Positions 37,801-52,430 of a DNA stretch of 64,000 nt are shown here, one piece after another. Numbering within the stretch: position 1 is the stretch's first letter; every line of letters begins with the position of its first letter. Under the pieces are notes generated by a model that had not been told where the DNA came from, did not search any database, and was given only the letters and a program-made list of their open reading frames with translations. Source of the stretch: Octopus sinensis (Eukaryota); NCBI RefSeq assembly GCF_006345805.1, contig NC_043014.1, positions 50,716,001 through 50,780,000 of the forward strand, given 5' to 3'. Both the position numbers and the translations under genes were made by a program.

Positions 37801-38252
37801 TTCTAAGAACGCAAATACAAATATGGTCCCTATTTTATCGAAATGTCCGCAGATACGCTATAAAATTGATATTAATTAGATTGATGAATATATTATCATC
37901 CGCTTTGAACAACAGTGAAGTGAGTGGCAAAATGAATTGTAAAAAGTTTTTATTTTGTTTCTAATAATTATTCTTAATTGGCTAAGAATCAAAGGAAAAT
38001 AGGAGCCGTTCATATCTTAAAATAGGACCTGTTCATATGCCACGCAAGAAACTTTATTTGAATAATTATAAGATGGGTATTCACTCTTGGGATATCATTA
38101 CGATAAAAAGTTCCTAATGTACATCCTGTAAGATGTTCCACGTGATTATGGAACTATAAAGTTATTACACTATATGAAAATACTATATGAGTCTTGAGGT
38201 AGCATAAATGAATAACGATTATGTAATATCCCTAATATATATATATATAATA

Positions 38253-38650
38253 CTAGCAGTATCGCCCGGCGTTGCTCGGATTTGTAAGGGAAAGAACTAT
38301 ATAAGCATTTTTAGAGATGTAAAGAATAATAGCTATCTCAATATGGCTAACCACAAAGGGGGGGGGGTGTTACTGTAGCTTTTTACGTTCTGAGATTTAA
38401 TAATAAATTTTTAGAGAGTTACTTCCCTTATATATGCCAAAAATGCATTAAAAATGGGAAAAATTGATGGTAATATTTTTTTTAAATCGTAGACTCATCG
38501 TAGACGCGTGCTAATACCCAGAAGGGCTCGATATGAATCACGACTATAAGATACCCGGTTTGGTTAAACTGCACCGCAAAATGTGGGAGTAGTTAGGAAT
38601 CTAAATCGTAGGAGACAGACAGCACACAACCTCACTTTTATATATAAAGA
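38253..38650 (-). mobile_element. Non-autonomous Helitron
   Basis: On the minus strand the 5' end is A|TCTTTATATATAAAAG and the 3' end is hairpin CCGAGCAACGCCGG followed by CTAG|T. Inserted between A and T with no TSD. Confidence 0.8.
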
Positions 38651-38789
38651 TATGTAATGTGAATTGCATTTACTCTGTCTTATATAATATAATTAGATAT
38701 GTTTACTGATACGTTTTATTCTTTCAGCATATTAATTCAACTCTGTAAACAAATCCAGAAGGAATATTTAAATATGAATGTATATGTTC

Positions 38790-38945
38790 CTTTATTACCC
38801 ACAAGGGGCTAAACATAGAGGGGACAAACAAGGACCGTCAAACGGATTAAGTCGATTACATCGATCCCAGTGCGTAACTGGTACTTAATTTATCGACCCC
38901 GAATGGATGAAAGGCAAATTTGAACCGAATTTGAACTCAGAACGT
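38790..38945 (-). mobile_element. 5'-truncated family A SINE
   Basis: CCCACAAGGGGCTAAAC..CCCAGTGCGTAACTGGTACTTAATTTATCGACCCC. Confidence 0.85.
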
Positions 38946-39642
38946 AACATCAAACACTTAATGTAGTTGAGGCCTTTATCTGGTCGACCAACTTGTTAGA
39001 AATAACACTAATGTTCCCTCACATGACAGCGTAACGTCTTCATAAAATCAGATCTCATTAGATATTGTTGTTCTTAGATATACAACGCTTCATAGTCACG
39101 ACTGGAAAGATATTTGTCTTATGTTTTATCGATCAGATTTATCTGAAAGTTTACTAAATAGAGATAAAATATAACATCTTTATCGGAAAAACGATATTGC
39201 GTAAATCAAGAAATTTCATGGATATACAAACATAAAACTGTTTGGCACCGGTGATGTGACAAGGATTTCTTGAGTAATATGGTCAGTGACTCCAAACTAA
39301 GAGAAATGATGTCATCAGATAACAAAAACCGAATGAAAACAAAAATGGGAAGAAAGTTCAGATTGCTCCTTTAAACAATATGTTGGAAACAAAAACTTGT
39401 AGAACATCGGGTAGAATAAAATGGTGTATTTGTTGTGCTTTTCTGGGCTCTTCTAATGCCATTGGGGTTAAGAAACACAGTATAACGCCTATTCATAAAA
39501 CTGAACACTGGGAGCACCGTCACTTACCTATGGACACAAGCAGATATTTATATACAGGAACATACACATTCACGTACGCACAGCATACAACGACCTTGGC
39601 TACGTGAAAGCAATTCGGTTTCTGTAGCCTGAGGGTTTGGAT

Positions 39643-39857
39643 TGTAGAATAACCACTATATTTCATTGTAATTATTCAAGTGTAATTCTGTGTTTATTGT
39701 TAGTGATAAGTCCCGCATTATAACGACGTAACTTCGTCGTCTACATGACTGGCCCGTACGGCGTACCTCACCGACTGACACTGCTTGCTGTGTCTCTCCA
39801 CTGTTTGTCAGTAGTGCAATTGCCCACTTCTCACTTGGGTGTCTCCCCCACATCACA
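39643..39857 (-). mobile_element. Possible solo LTR
   Basis: About 215 bp and GC-richer than its flanks. The minus strand begins TGTG and ends ATTCTACA, with AATAAA near the end. No TSD found. Confidence 0.25.
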
Positions 39858-40369
39858 TCCCCTTTAAGATTCTTTCTTTTTACTTTTACACAACATTATT
39901 ATTTTCTTTCAAAATGCCGCAGGTAGTACGAGTCTATATTGTTTACCGGTAGCGCTACTAAAACATAGCAGCCATACAAAAAATCCTTCACGCGGATTTA
40001 TGTTATATTTCACTGTGTGTAGTTCAAATCCTCCTTCAAATACACACACACGGTCACATATATATTGACACACACATATATAATTCCTTTGTTATATATG
40101 TATACATATATGCACATATCTGTATGTATATATATATGTATATATATATATATATATATAATATATATATATATATAATATATATATATATATAATATAC
40201 ACAGACAAGGCCATGACAAGAGTGAGACTGTTGTACGTCCTAGGCACATCATTTATTTAAACCAGGAAAGAAGCATAATTTCAATGACTCAATTATTGCT
40301 AATGATCGTCTGCTTTTTCAGAAATGCTTTTGTATGCAAAGATTGTCTCTAAATGAATATTTTAACAGG

Positions 40370-42700
40370 GTTCGGAATTTGTGTTGAGTCATGTCAGTTC
40401 TACTGAATGACCTTATGCCGACTTTGTTTTCAAATATTATTTCATCAATTTTGAGCATTCAGCTTCCACGTTCTATTGGAGTTGCCGATAAATGGAATTC
40501 CTACCGAGGATGCGTCATGAAAAAATGCGATGTAATTCACCGAATAATTGTGAACTAAAGCTTTCGTCAATTGAATACATGGGCCTAATTTTTAATTGGA
40601 ATGTTTGTCATAGTATGTCATAGATTTCATGATTATTTCATTTGAATATTCGCAGGCATTTACCTAACAATTGTAAATTCTGCAAACGTCAAGTAACATT
40701 TGGACAAAATATTCTCAAAGAAAGACAGTTATTGTCAGAGGAATGAAGATATATTATACATTTTCGCAACTGCAGTTTCATATTTTGAAATAGCACAAAC
40801 GACAGAATCGATAATGGCGAAGAGCAAAAAAATCAAAAAGCAGGTATCTGAAATAATGATCCTTCATGTGTCAAGATCTTTTGCTTAGCTTTCATCGTTT
40901 GACTTGTTCTTCTCAAGAATTTCTTTTTGCTTTCATTGATAGACTGTTAGCAGCATCTTTTGACTCTGTCAAAATCATGTGAAGTTTATCTGGCAGTTGA
41001 TACAGATTTTTGTTGCGCATTTCAATGCTACCCACTTCAATATCAACAGTGACGTTACAAGCTGCACATGGTAATGGGAACGAGAATATTGCACAGAAGA
41101 TGGATATCACGAATATGCATTATATACTGCATGATATTTTATTCTTTTAATTTCTAACCACTTTCTCTATTTCTGCTTTTGGTATTACATTGGGATCTTG
41201 AAAATCTTACAGGGCTAATTTGATAGCATTGTGGTTTGACGCAAATGGTTTAAAGAATTGATTTTAGCTGATTTTCGAGCACTTCACATACGATGCAACG
41301 ATTGAGAACTTGCATATGTCAGAAGTATTTACCATCCTTTTTGACAATTCTAGAGGATATAGACACTTCCATTAGTTCTGGCAAAAAGTAAATTTTCAGC
41401 ACAATAACTTACGATCTGTACCGGACAGGTTCAATGCATTTCACATCCTTAATGAAAAATAGCAATAGTAGTTTCTTTAAATAATTTCTCTTTGTATTCT
41501 CCTGTTTGTACTCGGTTGCCATATTAACACCTTTATTGTTGTAACATTCACCTCTAGATTCTTCCACAGAATTCTGTTTTACCTCAATGTTTCCATTACC
41601 ATATTTATAACTGAAAACCGGGTTTCTCAAAGCGTTCTTGAAAGGATCTGTAAGTTATAAAATCTGCAATGAAGATAACATAATAAATGCCATCTGTTTC
41701 ATGTTTGTCATCAAATAAGGTTTTGCTTTTGATCTTCCAGAATGTATATGTTCCTAAAGGAAGTTAGAGCAAAGACAAATAAATTCAATTTGCGATTCAC
41801 TTGACAAATAATATCCTTGCAAGCATTTTCTATTTCGTCCTAGATTTATTTGACCTTCCCGATATAACTTTCGAGTACGGGATTCTAGTGTGACAAATGT
41901 TAAAACAGCGCAACAAAGTAACGAATGCGAGCGGCTCGAATCAATAGAAAAAAAAAAGAGAAAGCATGGATGGTCAATCTATGTTCATTGCAAAATAAAA
42001 CGTCACTTGTCGAAAAATAGCTTTCCAATTAACGTCATCTGCTTCGACTTCTTTCTGTAAAAAATGATCCATTTTTCTCTTGGAGAAATTTTTATTTCGA
42101 ACATTCGCTCTGATTATTAATACAATCTGTGATATTTTCTTTTAAGTTCGTACTCAAACTTGTTGTCACATAATTATGTCTATATTTCTATTGTAAGTCA
42201 TTTATTCTGTGATATCAAAACCAACATATTAACACTAAATAAATTTCCTAAACCGCCAAAATAAAGAAACACTGCCTTCCATTTTGACGCTTCGCACAAC
42301 CCTTTGTCTTTCATATATTTTACTGTTGTGTTTCCCTTTTTTAAAGATGCCCATTAGAAAAGATTGTTACTATCTTTTATAAATATTTCGGACTTAAAAA
42401 TGTATCCTTTTCTGCATATTTTCCCAATCATTTCAGTAAGTTTCTAATTAATTTTTATATACCCAATACATAGAAGCCACAACGATAGATTAGATTGTTG
42501 TTCAGAACCTGGTTTTGGCTCCGCAGCATTCTACTCTCTTTTAGGCGTAATTACATTGACCATTGTAGATTATTCATAAACAGCACTTTGACTGAGTTGA
42601 ACTCGTTATTTTCTGTTCATTCTTCAACCAGTTCAAGAGTTATTGCTAATAAATAGTCTCCATTTACCTTTTTGATTAAATATTTTCCTGTTACATATGT
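40370..42700 (-). pseudogene. Highly decayed hAT transposase (ZMYM1-like/Tip100 type)
   Basis: Degenerate motifs in order: DWENMQKR, GNLF, FYFAMNID, ESRGECYNNKGVNMA (CRGQGYDNGANM), NALNL, KGW*IL, *SAR (RWSAR), and ERGS*MLKLMK*YLKT at 40400-40480 (hATC dimerisation ERSFSKLKLIK-YLR). Confidence 0.7.
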
Positions 42701-43270
42701 AAAGAATGTGAAAATTTTTTTTCCGATGTCTGAAATTGCTCGCGTTCGTAAGGGATTTATAAAGGGAAAAAAGCAAGTCTTTTCACTACATATTTCATAT
42801 AATTTTATAGGTTATTTTATGCCCGACTTATTCTAACCTCAACTCCGCAAGGTCCACGACGTAAAATACAACTGTCGAAGGAAGCGTTTACTGAAATAGC
42901 AACTTCATAGCAAGGTTATCCGAAAATCCATTCGGAGAGTGGGATAAGGCATAGATCTGTCCTACTCTGTTACATCGATTCCTTGCTAAGAAACAGTTAA
43001 CGAAAATGAAATACAAGTCTGTGTTAATGAACTGCTTCATACGAATGTAAAAATACACCTACGTGCATACGTAACTTACGAGGCACAATGCTAGAAATCT
43101 GAGTATCGATATGTTCGAAGTACAATCCGGGAATGGCAAATAAGGTTATACAGCCTGTCACCCCTCCACACACACACATATACATATACGCACATACACA
43201 CATATAAACTTACACACACACGAATAAACACACAACGCGTGAAAGGTTTTGTGTACATTTGTGGATGTAT

Positions 43271-43678
43271 ACTCTTTACTCTTTTACTCTTTTACTTGTT
43301 TCAGTGATTTGACTGCGGCCATGCTGGAGCACCGCCTTTAATCGAGCAACTCGACCCCGGGACTTATTCTTTTTGTAAGCACAGTACTTATTCTATCGGT
43401 CTCTTTTGCCGAACCGCTAAGTAACGGGGACATAAACACACCAGCATCGGTTGTCAAGCAATGCTAGGGGGACAAACACAGACATACAAACACACACACG
43501 CGTATATACATATATGCATATATACGACAGGCTTCTTTTCAGTTTCCGTCTACCAAATCCACTCACAAAGCTTTGGTCGGCCCGGGGCTATAGCAGAAGA
43601 CACTTGCCCAAGATGCCACGCAGTGGGACTGAACCCAGAACCATGTGGTTGGTAAAGCAGCTACTTACCACATAGCCA
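43271..43678 (-). mobile_element. Full-length family C SINE
   Basis: Near-identical to 4607-5012. Confidence 0.92.
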
Positions 43679-44619
43679 TATATATATATATATACTACAT
43701 ACACACGCACTCACATGTATACATGTCTATATATTTATTAGTGTATTTGTCTGTGTGTGTGTGTTCGTGTGTGAATGTTGATATGCAGCTATGCGTACAT
43801 ATGTTCGCTATTGACTTTTCCCTCTCTGATTTTCAGGGAGATTCGATTGCAATTTTTGGCAGTGTGAACCTCTGCATGGACACCCATTCATGGGTTCGAA
43901 TATTGCATAATTTAAGAGACGTAAACACATGTATTGAAACCAGCTACATTTCCCCCACATTAATACGAGAATATGAACAATGCAAGGAAACACGAAAATG
44001 TATATCTAGTATGTCCACCTTCCTTCCTGGAGATATTTCTAGTCCACTATGTTTAAGAAAAAATAATAGGTTTGTTTATAAACAGTATTGATTTTACGAA
44101 AATTATACAGCGATTAACTGTTTTTTTTTAACATAGTGTTTTATATACGTGACATTTAGAAGCATTTGGAACAGAGCTTTTGTACAATTTATTAAAACTG
44201 ATTGCTATGTTTACAAATCAGGAAAGGACATATATCTTGGATTATTGCGAGCTTCTAATAGGAGAGAGAGTTGCAATATAATTTAACGTAGCCTAGTCAT
44301 TATTCAAATGCATCTTGTAATATGTGGTTCATGCTATAATTATTTAAAATATTCCATTTTAACTGTTAATTAAATCCATAGGGATAGAATATGTATATAG
44401 ATATCTTTTTATAAATATGTATGTAATTATGAATGCAAATTTTAGCCACATTAAGTTCATATGTACGTATACTTATACACACATACGCACACATACTCAC
44501 ACAACACATACACACACACACACATATACGTTCTATACTTTTATCTGCGTATCTAAATTTCTCTGGTATTGTTTGTGCATAATTGTATACATATCCATAC
44601 ATATCCATAAATATACATA

Positions 44620-45080
44620 CATACATAGATACATACATACATACATCCCTTCATACACATGTATATGTATATATATTATGTTGTGGCGTGTATATATATA
44701 TAGTATATATGTATATATATATATATATTATGTATATATATATATATATATAATATATATATATATATATTAGCTACGACATATTGTTCCATGTATATAC
44801 ATTAATATACATGCTTAATAATGTGAATGCAAATGTTGGGTTATGCGTATCGGAAACAGATTTGTGTTTATGTATATCGAAAAATGTTTCCCGCCCTCCC
44901 TATCTCTCTTCCGCTCTCACTGTTCGACGCATGCAAATGTCTAGATATATACCAATAAATGCACACACACACACACAAACACACGCATATTGACATAAGT
45001 ATGTATATCTCATATATGCACATAAGACAGATATGCACAAATATATACGTACATACATACATATATATATATACGTATAT

Positions 45081-45134
<54 letters not shown>

Positions 45135-45254
45135 GGGATATATGTGTATATATGTATACGTATATATATGTATTTTTACATACATATAGCATATATATAT
45201 ATATATATATGTATATACATATATATTTTTATATACTTATTATATATATTTACT

Positions 45255-45325
<71 letters not shown>

Positions 45326-46320
45326 GCCATGTATGCCTAATTTATACGTTGGCTACGTTCTCGTATAAACTACGAGAAAGCGGAGATTCATATACAAGTC
45401 ATTATAATTTTGCAGAATTTTGATTTATTTTTCATGAATCTAATTTATTCTTGATCTTAATTAAATTTAATTAGTTTCTTAATTTGTGCGAAAAGATAAC
45501 TGTTAATATTCCAATCATATGTATAACCTTCTTAGATTAATTAATATATATATATACACGTATGGAGATCTATACATGTATTTACACATGCACAAACTTA
45601 CCCACATATACACATACGCTCATATATAAGAGGCATATGCACATACTCACACAACTATAACCATGTGTATACCAGTATAATTGTGCATCTATGTGTTTAT
45701 AGTTTATATGTTTATGTCCTAATACACCTGTAGTTATCATTCATTTGAGTCTTATCTATCTTCTCTTCGTTTCTTCCTCTCACACTTCATATATATATAT
45801 ATTATATATATCTAATATATATATATATATATATAAATATATACATATATATATATACAAAAGAGGAGAGAGAGAGAGGGAAGAGTGAGCGAGATATACA
45901 TACATATACATATGTATATTTAATATATATAATTGCCAACATATTCATAAACATCTATACGTATATAAATATATATATATATAATATATATATAATATAT
46001 ATATATATATGTACATATATATATATAATATGTATATATATATATATAATATATTATATATATATATACATATATATATATATAATGGTATATATATATA
46101 TAATATAATATATACATAGTTATATATATATATAGGTATAGTTTATAAATATACATATATACATACACACACACACTTATATATGCTTATATATATATAT
46201 ATACATGCATACACCAACCCATGCATATATACGTACATGTGTATATATATCTATATATATACACACATATATATGTACACGCACACATATTTATATATAT
46301 ACACTCTCTCACATATGTAA
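44620..46320. repeat. (TA)n-rich compound microsatellite field
   Basis: Directly visible. Confidence 0.85.
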
Positions 46321-47651
46321 AACACATGCTAATCTTATGATATTCAGTACACTGAATTTTCTTTTTTCTTTTCCATTTTACTATTTGTGTACTAATTAAT
46401 TTTTCTTTAATTTTCTTGCATTTATCATGTCATTTCAAATAATTTTACACAATTCAATCACGTTGAATCACTCTGCCCGAAAAATTGAGGAGATATTTCT
46501 GCTAGAATTACGCTATATATCAAAAATATTAAAAAATATTCAATACAAAACAAATAAACATAATATTTAACTATCATGACTAAATAAATGTAATATGTTT
46601 AACGAATATTTGAACTTTATTAATATCACTTTTCTGTTTTCATGCAAATTTTGTTCTCGGAGCTACTTTCATATCCGCTTTAAGCACGCAACCGTCGCTC
46701 AGCTAAGAAATATATCGACAATAGACAGAAACTGAGTGGCTTTCTTTTCCTGTTTTACGATCGAAAGACTTTAATGTAATAACTCTGCTACACTGTTACA
46801 CGCTTCCTCTTTAATTTGTACGTCTACACACACACTCACACACACACAAATTCACATATGCATCCACATACACACACACTCATGTCCTGTGTATGACTTT
46901 AAATTACATCCGGTAGTAGGGTCTGTTTCAGGAGTTCCTGCATTTTAAATTAGGGAGTCCGAGATATTGTCAGAGCATTCTTCTGGGAGACTGGTACTTC
47001 GATCTATAAAACCTCCGGCTTCACGTAATTAATGGTCATTCCTGGGACCTGTCACTATATATGAATCACAGTATCTCCGAAAGTGGTACTTAGGTTCTTC
47101 AAGCATATAACATTATATTATAATAAGGTACTATGTCTCTATATGGTGATCTGATTTGTCATGTCATTCTCTCTACTGAAAGTTCTATAGCAACGGTAGA
47201 GTGACGTTGTGTGCTGAACCAAGGAGTTCGAAGCGCAGTGCAAATTTCTTCTGTTAACTCTGTTTCCAGAGGTGAATTATTCAAACCCCAAAGAATCCCT
47301 CTCAACACATGGCTATGACGCTCCCCCACTACTTTTGCACATATCATCAGCCACTAAGGGACATGCTCAACTGCTTAAGCAAAATGCTCAACTGCCTAGC
47401 AAATCTGTGGTATTGAGCAGAATATTTGCTGTAGCCCATCTTTTATACCAAGACAAAACAATGCACATGATAACACATATTATTATTATTATTATTATTA
47501 TCATGGGTTTTTCTTCTTCTTTCAAATTTGTTTCCATTTCTTGCCGGGTGTCTTCCCGACTCCTAGGGCACAGAAACTCATTGTATACATTGGTAGGCAA
47601 TTTTTTTTTTTATAGAAATAAAGTTAAATAAAATACTTGGGTAGTACTAGT

Positions 47652-47751
47652 NNNNNNNNNNNNNNNNNNNNNNNNNNNNNNNNNNNNNNNNNNNNNNNNN
47701 NNNNNNNNNNNNNNNNNNNNNNNNNNNNNNNNNNNNNNNNNNNNNNNNNNN
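47652..47751. other. Assembly gap (100 N)
   Basis: A run of exactly 100 N, typical of a placeholder gap of unknown size. Confidence 0.99.
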
Positions 47752-48922
47752 TGTGTGTTAGTGTAGGTGTGTGTGTGTGTGTGTGTGTGGTGTATGTACT
47801 ATGTCATTGTATAGCGAATATTAATTGGTGTAGATGAAAACCGGTATGATCAATTTCTGATATGCTCTCAACCCCTGGTGGCAAACAATTTACGAGTCTG
47901 AATAATCTGATCGTTCTTAAATGCCTCGAGCTTCCGTTATGATTCACAATAGATAATAGGGATCACTGTGTAATCTATATGTGAAAGCCTAGAATATAAT
48001 CTGTTACTTATTAGTAAGCTAACCGGTTGCTAGAGAATCGTGAAAGCGAAAATCATCTCGAAAATAATGATATTCAATATGGTTGACTATAGATTATAGT
48101 CATCCTCAAAATACAGAAGTTTATCAAAGAAACACCACATCCCTAATACAACAACGTATTTGAAACCTCACTACGTATATATACCAGGCGTTTTTTTTCT
48201 GGAACCCTTGTGGTCATAATGACGGTTAATGCGTTACCATTACGTGCAAGTGATCGAGAAGGCAATATAGCCTTGAACAGAAAGTCAGTACTCTTCTATT
48301 TCACAAAACCCAGTAATTAACTGATACTTTATTCTTTCGACCACGAAGGGAAATATGACCACGGTGGGATTTGAAAACTGAAGGTAAATGTTAGACTGCT
48401 AATGATGAAGTCTAGTAGAAAGGGAAAAAGATAAGAGTTGTGTTCTTTGCTTGTCCAGCAAGTATGTTCTCTATTCATAGAATCTCAACCTATTCTCTTC
48501 GATTACAATGTAAAATGGCATTTGAACTAAGCGAAAATATGCGATGTAGTCTCTTCTTTTAACTAGGTGCACGTTAAAATTTCAATATCAATTAATAACA
48601 TACCACTACATCACAAGAAACGTTTCTGTAACGATATAGTTTAGGCTGACGATCGACCTAAGTGTTGTGCTTCTTGTTTGGTTGGACAAGAAAAGGTATT
48701 AGTTAACCACAAATCACTGATAAACAGATTACACTGAAAACCAATGTTAACATTTATGATCTGAAAAGAATAGAAGATTTGAGCAATCTGTGGTTAACTC
48801 AGGCCCCGTGATCGATAAACGATGTCATCTGCATCTGGAGTTGAGACTGTAGGAAGAATTTACGAACCTAATAGAAGCAGTTTCCGTGTCCAGATTGGAA
48901 GCGCATACATATAACCATACAC

Positions 48923-48923
<1 letters not shown>

Positions 48924-49000
<77 letters not shown>

Positions 49001-49009
49001 ATATATATA

Positions 49010-49044
<35 letters not shown>

Positions 49045-49046
49045 GC

Positions 49047-49081
<35 letters not shown>

Positions 49082-49240
49082 TTTATCTATCTGTCTAACT
49101 ATCTATCTGTCTGTCTGTCTGTCTCTTTCTCTCTATCTAGCTTTCTATCTTCCTTCTTTCTCTCTCTCTCTCCCTATATATATATATATATATATAATAT
49201 ATATATATATTATATATAATATATATATATATATACATAT
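48924..49240. repeat. (TATC)n/(TGTC)n/(TC)n/(TA)n compound microsatellite
   Basis: Directly visible. Confidence 0.92.
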
Positions 49241-49887
49241 TCGATCTCGCTCTATATGTGTGTGCGGGTGTGTCTGTATGTATGCACACACGTGTATACA
49301 CGAATGCATTTGAAACAATATTTATGTATGCATGTATGTATGTACCAGCGTACGTACCCCCTCTCACTCTCTCTTTCCATGTGTACGTATATACATACAT
49401 ATATGTGTGTGTATGTGTGTGAAACTGCACATATGTATCTAGGTATGTATAGATATACATCTATAATTAGTCTAGTATGTTATACCAGCTGTCAGACAAT
49501 GTAATTGTTTATATGCAATAATTTCGATCACACATAAATAATTCTTTTACCTCTTCAGTTCCCGATATGTTTTCTGTTTTTGTTTTTTTTTTGTTCCTTT
49601 CCCGAAATAACGGCAATAACTCTTAAGTGTTGAGAAATAATTAACAATAGTCATTTTATGGTCAATTAGACATTGCGCTTCCCTTAATATATATCTCTGC
49701 TGCCTGACGATGCTATCAATTTGTATGGATGGCAGAAGGATAAATATAGTCGAAAATATATGTAATAACAAAAGAAAATATTCCGTGGAATATAAAATAT
49801 AGCACGAATTATTTTGGTAAATCCCTTAGCTGCGTTCAAATCGTGATTACATCTTTTGTTTTTCAATGGCGAATAAAATAATCGGTA

Positions 49888-50254
49888 AAATACTGGGGTT
49901 AATCTAGTGGCCATGTTGCAGCTAAGTGCTGGATTTAATGTAGTGGATAACTAAAAGTTAGGTACCGCAGATAAACTAGTGAAAACTTAACAGCTAAGTA
50001 TCAGGGATAATCTAGTGCATAATTGTTAAATTAATGCACGGTGTTAATCTAGTTGGTAATTATTGACTAACAAATGCAGTGAATCGAGTGGACAAGTAGC
50101 AACTACGAACAGTGGATAATCTAGATGAAGACTTACAGGTAAATACTGGGATTAACATAGTGAAGAACTAAGAGGTAAGTACCATGTCCAGGTAGAGAAC
50201 AACTAGGAGGTAAGCTTTGGGTTTAATCTACTGGATAACTAGCAGTTAAGTACC
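49888..50254. repeat. Degenerate 36-bp tandem array, about 10 units
   Basis: Consensus approximately AAGTACTGGGATTAATCTAGTGGATAACTAGCAGGT. Units start at 49888, 49924, 49960, 49996, 50033, 50069, 50105, 50141, 50177 and 50212. Confidence 0.8.
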
Positions 50255-51783
50255 TGAAAGTGTCGAGGGCGTTATTGCACATACCATGATAAAATATATA
50301 TCTGTTCATTTAAAATTCAAAATTATTAAATATTTAGATTCTGTAAGTGAAATTCAAATAATTGTGTTTGCATAAAATGACATTTTTATGTATAAAATTC
50401 TGTAGCATAAATGAATGTTGCGAGGCAGTTATAAAACCTGATCACGAAATCATTTTCAAACCCATTTTATTTTATATCTAAATTGCTTTACATCCATTTG
50501 CAATCTACAGCGAAATATCAGGCTATCTACAGATCGAATCTACAAAAAGAGAACACATTAAGCGATTTGGAAAGTAAACATTTTACTCTTTATTTCATGT
50601 GCGCTTTCATTGAAGACACCCTACGTAACCTCATTTATTCTGACAGGTTGTTCTGAACCCTTCAGGATATTTTACACCGTTGTTTGTGACTGCCCCTGTT
50701 GTACTAGTTATTGGTGACGATTTTCTTGTTGACGACCTTATTTCGCATGCAAATTCGCACTTAAAGCATCGTTGAAAACACGTGACTCAGAGCTGTCTAT
50801 TTTGGGAATATATTATTCAACATCTCTCAATGCAGCGTAGTACTCTATACTCTGGAGTACAGCATACCGAATTTGAAATGACCGGAGAAGTTAAAGGAGT
50901 TTGTGGAAAGCCAGAGTCGTATTTAGTCCTTAGCCTGCTAATATGTACTTCCTGCAATCAATAAATTAATTTTAGATTCTCATTCGTAAATAGAACAAAC
51001 TCGTATTTTTGTCGTATTTTTGCAGCCTCCATCTGTACATAGACCAATCGTACATTTATAAACCGACGGTTCCTGCCAATTGTCTGATACGAGTTCATCA
51101 TGCGATCTCAACTTGCATCAATACTTCCGAGATACTTATCACAGGGTCACCGAGATACTTGTCACATGGCCCAGCTAACTCAGTCAACGCTTCCAGGTGG
51201 TGATCCTTACTTCGCGTTGAAATGAAAGCCTGTGGTTATAATTCGCCGATAAAGAAGACAGAACGATAACAAAACGATACTTTGACAGAATTTTCATTTT
51301 TTTTTTCGGTGAGTAGTTTGAGCATATAAATGGTTAGCAGAAAATCCATAATTGCTTTGATTCTTTAATTCATCATGTTTCAAAACATTCTCCTACATTT
51401 TCGCTGTAAATGAACATGTAGGATAATCCCTAAAATTTATTCGTAATCTCCTGAATTTTGACATCGTGTATCGTTAATATCGTTAAGAGTCTTAAACGCA
51501 ACATCGGTTAAATAGAAATATGGCCTCTACAAACCTAATTAGAACGTTCTATATGATATCATGATTAGCAGAAAGGAAGCTTAAGTAAGTGGATATGGCG
51601 GGAATATCAACCATACATAATCCACACGTTAATTCTGTAACCTCATATCTTTTATTTTCTTATAATTTAATTTACTTCATTCGGAAATAGGCGAATGGGC
51701 AATATATTGTTTATCGTTAATTTGGGTTAATATATAAAAAAAAAATTATGTGTAAACATAATGTGTTTCTGTGTGGATGTATG

Positions 51784-51818
<35 letters not shown>

Positions 51819-51838
51819 TAAATATATGGAAGTATGTA

Positions 51839-51899
<61 letters not shown>

Positions 51900-51940
51900 C
51901 ATATATATATACACACACATATATATATATATATATATAC

Positions 51941-52340
<400 letters not shown>

Positions 52341-52430
52341 GATATATATATATAAATATATGTAAGTATGTATTCATGCCTGTATTATATAAGTATGCAG
52401 CATACATAGACACTATTTCTATTACACTGT

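Noticed and set aside
42718-42900. Weak similarity to the Helitron 3' end at 38253
   Set aside because: The match is short and lacks the CTAG terminus and hairpin, so it cannot be supported.
43837-44091. Acceptor TTTTCAG followed by an 84-codon open frame
   Set aside because: There is no recognisable domain and only a weak donor; this is expected by chance in 64 kb.
49888-50254. CRISPR-like interpretation of the 36-bp periodicity
   Set aside because: Units are contiguous and degenerate with no repeat-spacer alternation, there are no cas genes, and the context is eukaryotic.
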